Origin: Catajapyx aquilonaris
Taxonomy: Eukaryota
Assembly: GCA_000934665.2 (NCBI GenBank)
Contig: JYFJ02001146.1
Coordinates: 1-64,000 of the forward strand
Length of the DNA: 64,000 bases
Direction of reading: 5' to 3'
A program made the translations under genes and the position numbers. The notes beneath the pieces are model-generated. The model was not told where the DNA came from. It saw only the letters and a list, made by a program, of their open reading frames with translations, and did no database searches. Shown here piece after piece: positions 42,844 to 56,439 of this stretch (positions are counted from its first letter, which is position 1; every line of letters starts with the position of its first letter).

Positions 42844-43185
42844 GGGAGGCGGAGTGGTGCTGCGGAAACGTATGCGCCCACGGATGTTAAGGTCCCGGGT
42901 TCGATCCCAGCCCGGGGACACCCCCTTCATCTCGTGCAGAGTTCATTGGGTCACCTCTGGCTTCGTCTCGGGTGGTATTTCCTACAGACTAAACCACCCG
43001 GGGGAGTTCACTAAAAATGGCCACATAAAGACATTGCACTGCACCTTGCACATCCCCTCCTGTCATCCTGCCCGTGGGCCTGGGCGCTACGTAAAAAGGC
43101 TCAAATGTACTTGATATAATAAATAAAGGTCCGTGCTGCATACCTCAGATGAGGTCAAGCACTACCCCGGATTATTATTATTATT
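42844..43185 (+). mobile_element. Full-length tRNA-derived SINE, family A, copy 2
   Basis: A-box-like TGGTGCTGCGG, B-box GGTTCGATCCC, unique body, 3' stem-loop and (ATT)n tail. Perfect 16-bp TSD ATCATATTAAAATGTC at 42828-42843 and 43186-43201. Confidence 0.93.
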
Positions 43186-46100
43186 ATCATATTAAAATGT
43201 CTACAGGGCATGCCTGCGTTCTAAGTTTTCAAAATGAACTTTATGGCAACTAAAAATAACGGCAGAAAAGTTATAGGTTCATTGGCACGATTAAAAGCAG
43301 TCGGATGGAAACAAGAAAAAGTGCTATAGGGGCGGATTCATCAACGAAGGTTAAGCACCCAGAATAAGTTAGCAAAATTAGAGTAAAGTTTAAATAAAGT
43401 AAATTATAGTAAAATCCAGGAATTTCATGCAGAATGCGATCCATTCAATCCCCATTACCACTCCAAAAATAAACACATAATTTTCTGCCTACTTTGAGAT
43501 CTATCTAATTACGACACTTTGCGATATTGATATAATTTAAAAAAAATATTTTCAAGGGACATCTTGAGAAATACTTGTTCATCTACATATATGCTATTTT
43601 TAAATACCCCCTTTTTTCAATTCGCTACGACTTCCTGCCTGCTGCATTGATTCTGAACAAATTTAAGAAAGTTGGCCATTTCCTGGTTTTTCCCTGCTGA
43701 AATCTAATCAAAGTGAAAATTCTCATCCAAAATAGAGCAGGGCCAGACCGCGCGGCTTCAACAGATCCCGTTTGATTATGGTTGAAGGGCACCGTGCCAG
43801 AAGTGTTCTCTGCTTTGCATGGTGCTCAGTTTAACCAAAAAGCCTACACTGGCTTGCAGTACGGCTCATCAACGACCATGGTTGGACACGAGTTTTAGTA
43901 CCCTAGCGTCACTCTACTGATAGATTCAAACCACCGAAGAGTGAAATTCACATTTCCTACTTCTACCCAAAAAAATGGTCATTTCTCCAACATATAAAAT
44001 CCAATAGCCATAATTAACTTTTACGTTAGCACTTTTACACTGAAAAGGAAACTGCGGCATTGATCCTTATTGGGTGGCACCACTGAGGACGTCCTTTTGG
44101 CCTCTGCAGCATCTTATTATTATGGAAAGAGGTGGGTAAAGAGATGAGAAGGATGGAAGGAATTGGTCAAGCTCACCTGCATTCAGATGAATCCCCAACT
44201 GGAAAAGCAATTCTCCATCTCTTTCCGAAAACCCCTTTTCCCACAGCTCCATTATTGATTAATATATTCTCCGCGTCATCTGGGACTGAAATACCGCATC
44301 GGCACGGAAAAAGATAGCCTGGAAAATTGCAAAACCAGAAGCTTGGAAATGGAGAGCCAGCCGGTCACAAGGCCAATCAACGCGCTAAGACCCAACTTCG
44401 GATGGGGAATTTCTAAAGCCCAGAGTTTGTACAATGTGTATAGTTCCTATGGATAATTCGAGGCTGCTATTATTGCGTGGATAGGTGCGCAATTGGGCAT
44501 ATTGATTGTTTTGCGTCCAAGTGTCAACTGCTATGTTATGAGGACCCGGTGTTTACCATATGCAACGTGTCAACATGTGCCGAATGACGCAGTTTTCATT
44601 CGGACATGCACCGATTGCGGTTCCTGGATGCCCTATCAACTAGTTGCATCGGAATTATTCAATACCAGTTCAGTGGCATTTAAACCGCCCTGAAATTCCG
44701 ACGATTCTTCATTTGCTGGACCAGTTATGCAGCCAAATTGATTGCCTGTTGGTGAAAAAAAAAGGACCGCAATACCTGACAAGATTGCTTCGTTGTATGA
44801 AATTCGAGGCATCTGAGAATTGAACGGAGATAGCACCTACCGACTCCGATTTCAGTTTTGGAAGCGCAATCAAAATCATTATAGGCGTAATAGATCCCTG
44901 AAGGGCAAATAGGAAACGATTCGAGTGATGGTATACGAACAGTTTTTTTTAGTTATTTTTTTGGCGCGATTCCGCGACCGTTAGCGACGGTTATAACGGT
45001 CGCGCAATAAACTAGGGCTGATTTGTCCGAATTTGTTTCGTAACGAGAAAGTTCCCCACAATCCGAGTCAGTTCTTGTGCAGACTGTGCCGGGAACTTTG
45101 TTCTCGTAGCCACCAACGCATATTCCCTTCCAGACGTGATCTCAGACTCCTTCCCGTATAATTTATTATGCAGTATGCATTAGTTCGCAGAACGTGTTAC
45201 TTCCCCATTGCTACCATCGATTATTTGCCTTCCCCTCAAATAACTTCCAGGTTGTGAATATGCACAGAATGATAACGTACGCTCCAGCAGCTTTTGCCTC
45301 TCATACGCTGCACACACTCGCTCCAAATGCACTCGGTTTAAAATAGTGCAAAAAATGTTCCAAATTAGAGTGACAGGTTGAGAGAGCCTGCCGTTTGTCG
45401 GGTGTACCGCACAAGCGGCAGGTTCTCGTCTGTAAATGTAAAGAGAATGAGACAGAAAAAAATGACAAGACAATATAGGACGACGACAGCGGTCCGACAG
45501 AACGTTGCTCTCGTCATATTTGCTCAAAGTGACATTACGCCCCTTTCATCTTTTTTATTATTGAGCTGCGTATAGATTCGCTGTTCGATGTATGTACCGG
45601 CGTATGTAGGGCATGTCGTAAATGAAAGGCGACGGAGACAGTCAACGGCAAAAAAAAGCAGACACAGATACAAATATTGCAATAGAAGTGCACCTTAACT
45701 ATCCTTCAAAAGTTCAATTAAAATAATTGAGCTCTTATTTGTTCAGGACTAATGTAGACAGTTGGTTTTCTAAATATTCCAGTAAGCCACTGCACTTACA
45801 CCAGGTATGTTTCTAGTGCATTTGCAGGAAACTGGTTTACTCTATGACACCAGATGATATCGACTTGCACAAGCAATTAAGATGCACTCGCCAGTAATTG
45901 CACTTGTAATGTAAGGCTTAGCTATGAAGACACTTCTCTACTACTGCACATGACGTTTCTGTATAGCAAACCTGCCAGACTCCAGTGCAGTGGCTGGAGG
46001 CCTATTTTGCATGATGCGGGGGTAAATAGTACTGAATTAATTTGTGCATTAATGTTAACTAACAGTAACTGCATAACAATGAAGGCCCCTTCTCACTGTA

Positions 46101-49100
46101 AGTTTCCACAAATAATTCAGTATGACTCACTGTTTAACAACATTAAATACTATGATAGGGTTAATCAGGACCCGGATCCTTACTCCGAAGGGCAACCCCC
46201 CATTATGAGAGTGTATGGAACCCGGATTTCCCCGCACTCCCACTCCCATTCACACGTATGATCCATGTAGAGTCTGAGCCGGTCCCAAACCCAAATCTCC
46301 ATTGTAATGATAATGGACAATGTGAGTTCCAGATTTTATTAACCCGGAGCCAAATGGTTGGGTTTTTCGGACAGATTCTGACGCGGAAGAGCAGGCCCAG
46401 ATCCCTCCTGGCATGAATTTACATGAATTGGTGGGGCTCCGGAATGATAATTCCAGGATGGACCTCCAGCCAAGTGCTGATGATGATGCTCTATCCTGGA
46501 TTAAATTTTGCAGCCCGCAACGTTCATTCGCGCTTCATTTTCGACGGAATCCCCCTTCCTCATTTCAGTCTGCTCAGTCGCTTACAGTCCTGACTAAATC
46601 ACTGAATAACAAATTCTACCCAAAGTCCTCAAACTTTAGGGGGAGGCTTTTCTTCCTTTCTTCTCAAAACCTCATTCAGGTTAACCAAGGAAAAGTGCCC
46701 GGCTGTTGACGTACAATGCCTGGGTTTTGATTTCAACGTATTGAAAACACAACTGCCAAACTTACTTTTTCTGTTCACCTAATTGGCACATGTAAAGGAT
46801 GTTTTCCTAGCAGCTCATTCAACTTTCAAACTTCAGAAGTCAATAGTCTATAACTAGAGCTCATTTGGCGCCAAGTTGCTACTGCACAGTTCTGTGAATA
46901 CCTCACGAAACAAAAATAAGGAACCTTCTTTCCAGTTGGGCATATATACGTTTGTATTCACATTAGTGGAATGGCTCCTTTTGATGACTTCCCGATTCTC
47001 TTTTGTGTCTGACTTTTGTCAATACACATATATCCCCGATGCAATCTCCGGAGTCACATTTGTTCCCGGTGCCCACCTCCTTTCCGCCACTATTGCCCAA
47101 CACAATAGCAACGGTGTATTAATGCGATTTTCCCTTCCTTTTGTGTCCTCCAGGCCTCGCAGATCAAAGCTGGCTTGAGACAAAAGTCCAGACTTGTCAT
47201 CCTACTTTGTAGGCCACCCACCACCCAGGCTCCCACCTCTAGGGCTATTACTCACATTGTCTCAACCCTGCACAAAAACCTCTATAGAATAGCAATGTGC
47301 ACACAAGCCTTAGAAAGTGTCCTCTAAGCCTAGCCAGGCAAATACATGTGGTCTGGCTATATGCAAGGAACGTGCTCAACACTTACACGTGCGCAGGGTC
47401 AAGACATAAAGAGCTCATCAACTAAGGATTGTGTTTGTATCCGTTGAGAGCACAGGGTGTTGACAAAAACCGGGTCCTGCTGGACAGTTTAATGAAAGCT
47501 GTAAGAAGTTAGGGGGCATCTTTAGCAAGGTCATGCCCTGGATCGTGCCCAGAGTTCGATCCTAGGGATGAACATGGATTTGGCGACCTGTGGTTAGTTG
47601 GTGTGACCAAACCCTTGTCTGGTCCAAGTGATGGATGAATCCTTAGCGTGCTGCTATCAAACAATAAGGGCGACTACAAACAGGGTGGACAGCCAGAGTA
47701 TGGTGGTAGAGTGAATATCGACCGAACAACTACGATTGCGGACACCCTGCCTTGCCCTTAGGCGATGTATTCATATATGTAAATTCCTACCTTGACTTCG
47801 GCGCTCCTCAAGTTGAGCCCTGTCAGCATGTTCAACTATCCGGACGTCCGGATGCCATCCGGCATGTCCGTTTCTTACAGGAGCACCGCATCTGGAATAT
47901 TGAGGATTTCATTTTATTCACGTCCATGAAAATCACTGAAAATCGAGGAAACTGTCGTCTATAACTTTAAAGGAGTTCATAGCACATGAAGGTGGCTCGA
48001 TAGGAGTGGGATGATCCTGGCATGTTATGAGGATAGGTGTTTACTTTTCAGCAGTATCCGAGGAAATTTTGATATAGTCCACACAGATTGTGAGGCCAGA
48101 CTCAGATTTGAAGCATTAATGGAAATCGATATGTAGGTGTAATGGTCAACGTTTCGCAATATCAAGTTATGGTATACTCTGCGAAATATCAGAAATGTGG
48201 AGGGATGTATAGTTTGGGGCATGGTTGATTAATTGGACTGATCCGTTGACAATCTGCAGGGTGGTGCACTGGCCAAGTATTCAGACCAAGTAAGATGTGG
48301 ATTTTTCATCCCAGTAATCGAAGTAAAACGAAATTACAACCATGACCCGAATTTTTCAACTGATTTCCTTCCACTTGAACTGTAGTTTTGGGCTCTGTAT
48401 CACCATCCTGTACTGTACAGTAATGCATACAGCGTTGTGAAGTTATTTGAAGTTGACTTGTGGCAACATGGAATGACATTTCCAGAGTAATCAACCGGAG
48501 ATTTGCTATCTTGTCTCTGCAAACTCTGTACAAGTGTACTCGGCCTTGCCTCTACACGTTGATACGAAGAAAGGGAGGATAAGCCGTCATTGACCTGCTT
48601 TCAAGGCAAAACTATGTCTATTCACAAATGCATTTCCTTCAATTCTGGGACTCGCTTACTTCAAAAATCTCTCAAAATTAACTTCTTTAACATAATTATT
48701 ATGCTGGCATATTGTAACCTAATTTACACATCACAAGACAAATTACTTTTAAGGAAGTTTATTTCAGTGAATAAATGTCGGAACAAACGTAGTCTATACA
48801 GCTAATAATATAGTTCACAACCTCACATCTGGTCCGAGCTACACGGTGGTCCCTGATCTTATAGGTATGCGATGGGTTTCCCTAAAGTGTGTTCTGTGCC
48901 ATAAAAGAGCACCATCTGGCTCCAAAAGTCATTTAGAACTTTTCTCAACTGATCCGCAACCATGTCCAACACCATAAAAGCGGAACCGAAAGAGTTTATT
49001 CTTCATTGCTTAGTTCTTACAAATTAAATCTCACAGAATGGCGGAAAATTGGATTCAGAGAAGATCAACAAATGATTACCTTGTAGTGAAGAATATAACT

Positions 49101-52100
49101 GAGATATTTTAATGAGGTTGATTTCTGTCATATAGGAAGTGACCTTCTTTTAGAGAGTTAATTAAAGTACATTACTGTACATTTCTGCCAGAATTAGCTA
49201 AAGTACTGTCAGGTGTATTACAGCATCGTAATTTCTGCATATTAAATGAGACGTGAACATAAACCGTCCTGTGAATATTGCATCTATCCCATATTTTTGG
49301 TTCAATGCGATATCCGGGGTCATCCTCTAAAACAGAATAGAGGTGTTTTTATCTAGACTGCTTGGTTCGAAGCAATTTTGCGAGTGTCGACCTCAGAGTT
49401 TGACGCCCAGGAAAAAAAATGACTGATCTAATCAAAAAGTGTCGCCAATACTCCTCCCAATTTAGCAGTACACTCAACATTAGTTTCTCAAATGCTGGTG
49501 CCATAAAACACATTAAACTGTTTTATTCATTACGCCCAATTACAGTGATATACCGTGTGAATATAATAATTACGCGTGATTTATATGCGCTGCGATTTCG
49601 ACACGCCGCCAGTTAATTTTCTTCTTAATTATATCCCGTAATGAAACCCCGTTAATTATACTGTCAACACCAGGTTGCGAATTGTCAATGCTGGTTTCAT
49701 ATACAATCGCAATTATTCACCTGCCCAAATTAATTCGACTGTCCCATCCATTCTCCTCATAATCATTACCCACCACGTAACGGAATTTATCTCCTAAGTA
49801 AGAAGTTCGAAATATGTAAACACTCTAGTTTGAAAAAGAGTGAAGCTTGGCCACAAACGAAGCCGCCAATAAACCGAGTTGATTGGGCGGGTAATAACAC
49901 AAAGGGCCTGGCAGGCGAGTTTCATTTGCCCGGTAGATAGACAGACATACGGACCTACAAGAGCCTCAACCGGCAATTGAATCGGACAAGCAAGGTATAC
50001 ATCAAAAGCCTCAAAATTGAATACCCCAGGACTTCATCCAAAGCACCAATGTCAACCTTGTTCCTTCTAATCCTATTGTCTTACAGTTTAATTTCCGCAC
50101 TTTCCAACCAAGGTGTGCCTATCTTTGCCTTGGACCATCCCATTTCCACCTAACACATCCTAATTATTGAACCTGCACGTGCTTGCACTTGTTGCAGGTT
50201 GGAACAATAGTAGGGGATAGTCCCGAGGGCACATCGCAGCTCTTAAACTACTCTTCCAAATTGCACATTCATTGTACGACTTGACCTAACTAATGCTAGT
50301 CGTTTTTTTTTGGCCACGGGGAACTGCTAACGAGGATGCTTCCTTTTTGCATAATTACTTGGAAGGCTTTAGGGGAGAGTGTATGTGCGCGCACTTAATC
50401 TCAGTACAATCTAATACACTTAGGCTTCCAATTTGCGACCTACTTTATGACAAAAACAGAGCGTGCTATGAATCATATGTGGGATTCAGCCAGTTTTGCA
50501 TGTTGCACAAAATGGGTGAAACAAAACAGTAAATTATGCAATAATATGAAGTGTGGTCAGTACTAAATAATTGTACTCGTGACAAGTAAATTGTGGAAAT
50601 AAAATATGATAGAGGAAAATGGGCCTAGCTCGTTTACGGATTGGATAGTTACATTATTAATGATGCAGCTACTTCGAGCGAAGAGAGAATATAGAATCCA
50701 AAATACATTCCATGAATTAATGACTGGAGGAGTGACATGTGCACAGTTACTTACAGTATCCTGTGGCGAAGATATTTTGAGGCGATGAAAATCTAATATG
50801 AGGTAATAAGAGTGTGCTACCTTATTCCTGGCGCCCTGTTGATTTATTGCTTGCGCGGTTTTAAGTTGTTGAGTGATTAAAATCTCATTACGGTCTCACA
50901 CCAGACAGAAAATCCCCGCCAGGCGATAATCAAGGCGATATTTTCTATTCGCACCTTGCGAAATTGCGCTTGGTGTTCAACTGACGCGCAATACATGAAC
51001 GCTACCATAACCGCCAAATTCTAACTAATGTAAGTTACCTTTTTTGTCGCATCGTAATGTAATGTAATGTGTAATTTAAAATGCTATGATTCAGTGTTCT
51101 GTATGATCACTCTGGCAAAGGTTGCGCATATACTGGTACCCTCTTTTTTCACTCGACTGAAGTTTCACAAAGGGATGCACTGCAATAATGGCATACCAGT
51201 ATCCCAACAACCACGTTTCATAATGTGCAGTTTTCCAGGCTGTACTGTTCAGATGGTTAATATACTTTTTATATAACTTTGCAATAGGTAATAGTTTGGG
51301 CATATTGAAAATAATTCAATTTAAAATAATGAAGGATTTAAATGATAAGAAGTTTTGTAACTTGTCAAATATTTCAGGATACCCCTAATATATCGTTAGT
51401 TTTTAATATGTTGAAGAATTTCACGTGCTTATACTTTGTGCTTCTTACACATGGCATGTTTTCACCCAAGCCTAAAATATCTCGGGTATTTTACCCGTCT
51501 CGCTTTCACAATCGAAATCACCACGTTTCCGTGTGCTATATCTTTGCTTATCCGACACTTTAGAATCTAGAAAGGTCCCAGGGAAAAATCTCTCTGGTGA
51601 ATACACAGATAACGTCACTGTTATAAACTCCATCGGTGTTTTTTGCTCAGGCCCCTTATAAACTTGCAATCTGATAATGTTGTATGACAGGAGTTTTCGC
51701 AAGGGGAAACTACATCATGTATCCTTATAGACTGACATTCCTCTTGAGACTGATAAATTATTTTTCGATTCTAGCTGATGGCGACAATGCTTGCATATGT
51801 CTGCAGCTAATCCAATATGAAATTAGTTTCAAATGTTACCAGCTGTGGAGTTCATATAAGACATTCGCAAAGCCAGCTTAAAGTTTTCGACCTTCATTAG
51901 GACTAAATTACTTGTGCGAAAAGGAGGTCTGGCAGAATTGTAGATCTTCTGTTCTTCATGTGAATAAAGTGCACTTCATTAAAGTAATGCCAGTCGAAGC
52001 TACGTCTTGTTTCAAAACTGGTTTTACCATAATTTATAATATGTTTCGACTCTTTCGTAATGGGACTACCGCATCGTAACTGAACGCATGTCATGCAGTA

Positions 52101-55100
52101 ACATGTTCAACCTCGTCAATGATACTTTGTCATTACGACCATTCGGACAAAAATCTGTCAGTTAATTTGTACGAAACAAGTGGCCCTGCATGTGCTGGTT
52201 TGCATTATTTGTACGAATAGCTGATAAATGATCATGTGTCAAACTGGGCCTCTGAAGCTTTTTATCAGACTCTGCTGGAAATAGAATTTGGACAAATTAT
52301 TATTGATCACTTTTTTGCGCAAAATTTGAAGGGCTCAGGCGTAATTTGTACTGCAAAATTCGAGAGGGAATTTTTTTACAGAATGTTGTTATACACTTCC
52401 TGTATCATAATTATTTACAAGCACCCTATGTAGCCTATATGCTTGCATTGTTTTCATGATGAACTGGGGCGGGATGTAAATAACCCGGGGATATTCAAAA
52501 TCAGGGCTTCCTACGCTATCCAACAACATATTTAATCATATTATGTGGAAAATAAGGTCGCAGAGGAATGTTTATAATAACGGTTTGTACAAATTAAATA
52601 AGTTTATAGATAAATTCTACAAATCGAAGCAACCTGTCATTATTTAATTCAGTTAAGCCTGTGTATAGCATAATTGTGTCGTTTTCTGTATTAAACAAGT
52701 TTCTGTTTTATGCGATAGAACTTCGTTTAAAAGCTTTCTTTGGAACCTATAAAAGCTCCGTAATATACACAGCATCTATGTCCGCTATAATGACAGGTCT
52801 CACTGTGCACGTTTAAATTTTCTAGTCATTTTAAATCATGAACATTACATGTCAGGATAAATAAAAATAGCCTAATGTACTCGTAGTATCATATATGATT
52901 TCAAAAATATGCCATATTTTATAGTATTCCGGTCCTTCCTCACAGTCAGTATAAGTTTACACTTTGCCGAATATCTACAGTTTTGCCTATACAGAATTCT
53001 AACCCTGAGGCCTGCTTTTAAACTGAAATCGATACATAATTTCAAAGAATCATTATTATATTTCTTCCGGCTCTCGTCTGTAAATTCCACTTTGGATATC
53101 CTCCGGTTCTGTAGCCGCCAGTACAGTACGTAGTCTTACGTAAGACAGAACTACAAAGCAAACCTATGCCCCTTTAGGACTCGACCCATGCAGACGCAGC
53201 ACTCTCTCTCTTACCACTTGTAACTTATTACGGACGATAACATTATGTCCTGTATTCCCACTGCAACATGAAATTATCTACCTTCGTCTTTGTTACTTGG
53301 AAGCAAAATCTACCCTCACAAGAACTCATACTATATTTTAGCAGTTACTCTCTCCGGATCTCTTGGGGGCTATTTTGCAAGCCTGGTGACACCTGAGGCT
53401 ACACGCAGAAGGTTCCCAAATTAGCCGATGATGTTCATTCAGAATTAAATTATACGTCACTGCTGACAAGCTCATAGGTTGTCTGGAACCACCCAACTGC
53501 TCTTTAAAAAATGGCGTCACTGTTGTGGTGTCGTTGAGAAAAAACCGGTTGAAATATTTGGGTGCAAGTAAACATGTTTACATTAGTAATTATGCTAAAT
53601 TAATATTGTCCACTTTTGGTGATGGAACGTATATTCATTAAAGTTCCACGACAAAAAAGCTAGTCATTTTTCGTGATTTAAGAGTGAACCGACACTAAAA
53701 AGTCAGTAGTGATAAGCAGCAATTGGGTTAATGTGATTTTAAAAAGCCTTCATATTGAAACAAAAGTTCAAATCCCCAGAGTTTTTCCTATAGTAGAACA
53801 TCCAATACTAATGCAACTTAGCATATTAATATTTATGTCACGTAAAACTTCGACTAATGCACTCACAATCAGTTACGTACAAGGTAGCCTCATTTGCAAC
53901 ACCATTATACGTATTATTTATACTGTATACAACCAGCAATGCAGGTAGGGAGACATTTTAAATAACATATGACAGGAATTTGCAATATTGTTGCCGGAAG
54001 CTACGTCGAAGTGACTGAAAATATATACCCCATCATTGTGGCATGGTTTTTATTGGGTGAAAGGATTCTCCTAAAACAAGTTAACATTTTAAATGTTAAA
54101 ATCAGTTAATTTTAACAAAAACAGCACACAAATACTTTTATCTTCCCGATTCCATGCCGAGAGTTGGAATTTCCGCATACATAATGTAGTTTAGGTTATA
54201 CACATAGTTTGGTATAGTTTGGCAGGGCACCCATTGCTGGCTCCACGGGACCAGAGATTTTACCCGCAAAATTCGAGCAAGTAGGTGCGTCTCCATTGGG
54301 TCACGTCCCGTCATAAGTTATCTACACAGGCTCCTATTACAAAAGAGGTTGCACGGGATACTCATACGAATACCAAATGAAGTCTATGCATGAAGCACCA
54401 GTAACGGTTATGAAACGAAAGCCCGATAATCATGAATGGCTGCAAATATCCAAACTAGGTCAATCTTGTTTTCATATTATATTTATATATCCGGTTGATT
54501 TATTGCATTGACATCAGAGTTCATTTAGTGATATGGACACGGCATGTCTATTGGACGTATCACTGCCAAGGTTGAGACTTCAAACTATTATGTGACATAC
54601 GGTATTGTATTATACTAATGTCTTCAAAAGCTATCGGGTGAATTGATTTCTCCACCATTGTACATTACATAGCAACTTCAAAACTTCATAACACGACTGA
54701 TAATCTTATCCGTTAAAATGAGTACAATTGACTGATATGTTTTCGAGACAACACCACTTGAACTTTGCATATGAAAGCTGTAATTTTTTCCCACTTTTCT
54801 TATCCCCAATCGTGTATATCCATTTGGTGTTAAATAGTTTCTGTGACATTCAGCACCACTGCGTGTAAGTTACAAATTACGAACAAACCACGTCTAATTG
54901 AAAAATCTATAAGGGCTGTCCACTCCAAAAACAATAACGTAGTTGAATACCCCGAAAAGAGATGAATACGATAAAAAGCGACACATGCTTGGCACTCGAG
55001 TGCTGATATGTCATAAATGCCATACATTTGTCAACTACCATATGCGCCAGATACTAATCTAATCAACCGTAATGGATAACGCGGGCCCCACGAGATGGAC

Positions 55101-55986
55101 AGCAAACCCGCATTTGCACGACCCCCTTCCACGCACTAATAATAAACCTCCAATAAAACACCAAGAATAATGTCCATTAATGACCGAAGGGTGGGTGATG
55201 AAGAAGGGCATGCGCCAATTTATGAAAGAAAGAGCGGGGCCACCTTACTGCTTATCACGGGTTGAAAGTTGTAACCTGTGGCTGGTCTCCCATCACAGCA
55301 CACTATGGTCGACCTCTGACCTCCTGGTGCCCTCTGCCTGTTCTTAGCGTGCTGCTTGTTGGCACGTCCGTCCGCTACTGAAGCCTCTGAGCAGAGGCCC
55401 GCTAAACCCCATCCCAAAAACCCCCCTCCCCCGCCATCTCCTCCCACCCACCTCCCTCCTCCCCTCCTCCCCAGTCTATACCCTAAAAGGCTAGCGGAAC
55501 ACGATAACTAATAGAAACGCTATTGCTACTGCAGATACGCATCTTTTCTTGACACCCTGCACCGACTTATCTCCAGATGAAATTTTTTTTGCCTTTCTCG
55601 TAGGGCGTATGCATGTTGCGCAACCACTGGGGTTTTTTGTACGGAAATGTACTTATTGACCATTTTTATAGACTGATAGTGGGGTCTGCCGTCAGTGGTA
55701 AACATTGATATATGCGCGATTATGTGTTCCGTCATGCCTTAGTTTTCGTGTCCTGAATAAGAGCATGCTTGTGGTACGTATTTTTAGGGATCCCTTTTTT
55801 GCGAATGGAGAAACATGCTGGAAGTAATGTAGCAGCTTCATTTATATTCACATTACGTAACGAGTTTATGCCAGCATTTCCAGTGATATCAGCATAAAAC
55901 AACTCTGCTGTGCTACTTGCGTTGAACGCTCTCCTATATAGTTAGTACTTTTTACTATTGAATCAGGTCTTCCTCTGGCATTATAG

Positions 55987-56001
55987 TGATGATGATGATG
56001 A

Positions 56002-56053
<52 letters not shown>

Positions 56054-56066
56054 CGTAGTCGTAGTC

Positions 56067-56114
<48 letters not shown>
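55987..56114. repeat. Compound microsatellite (TGA)n-(TAG)n with three TCG variants; (TAC)n tail of the adjacent minus-strand SINE
   Basis: Read directly from the sequence. Confidence 0.97.
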
Positions 56115-56371
56115 ATTTATTTTATTTCTGATTTATTTATTTTACCCCATTGGAAGAATCGGCACTCCATTAGGGGGGTGGAATACCACCATTGGATGGG
56201 GCCAAGGATATGGAAGGAAGGAAGCGGCTGTGGCCTATTATACGGAAGCGACCCCGGAAGTACCCTGGAAAACTATATAAAACCACGGTCAGGATCGCCG
56301 GCCCGGGAATCGAACCCAGGACCACCCGATTAGCAGTCGGACTCCTTAACCACCACACCAACCTGCTTCGG
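56115..56371 (-). mobile_element. tRNA-derived SINE, family B (tRNA-Ser(GCU)-like head)
   Basis: Minus strand GCAGGTTGGTGTGGTGGTTAAGGAGTCCGACTGCTAATCGGGTGGTCCTGGGTTCGATTCCC has an A-box-like motif, a perfect B-box and an anticodon-like stem-loop. Followed by an unrelated body, an A-rich stretch and a (TAC)n tail. No convincing TSD. Confidence 0.85.
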
Positions 56372-56372
56372 T

Positions 56373-56439
<67 letters not shown>
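56373..56439. repeat. (TAA)n microsatellite
   Basis: Perfect TAA run abutting the SINE 5' end. Confidence 0.97.

Noticed and set aside
44171..44210. 22-nt minus-strand micro-exon (44177-44198)
   Set aside because: Short pyrimidine tract, not a multiple of 3, and no supporting neighbouring exons.
44973..45016. Helitron 3' end (hairpin plus CTAG at 45012-45015)
   Set aside because: CTAG is followed by G rather than the expected T, and no 5' TC end could be identified. Kept only as a hairpin finding.
45020..45037. TCCGAATTTGT resembles the 3' half of miR-10
   Set aside because: The ACCCTGT seed region is absent and there is no matching star arm.
47510..47740. Possible old SINE (B-box-like GAGTTCGATCC)
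   Set aside because: No clear A-box, tail, TSD or second copy.
55986..56333. 115-aa ORF with poly-Met/poly-Val
   Set aside because: It is the translation of the microsatellite plus the antisense SINE.
56295..56371. Functional tRNA-Ser gene
   Set aside because: The acceptor stem is mismatched, the long variable arm is absent, and it continues into a SINE body and tail.
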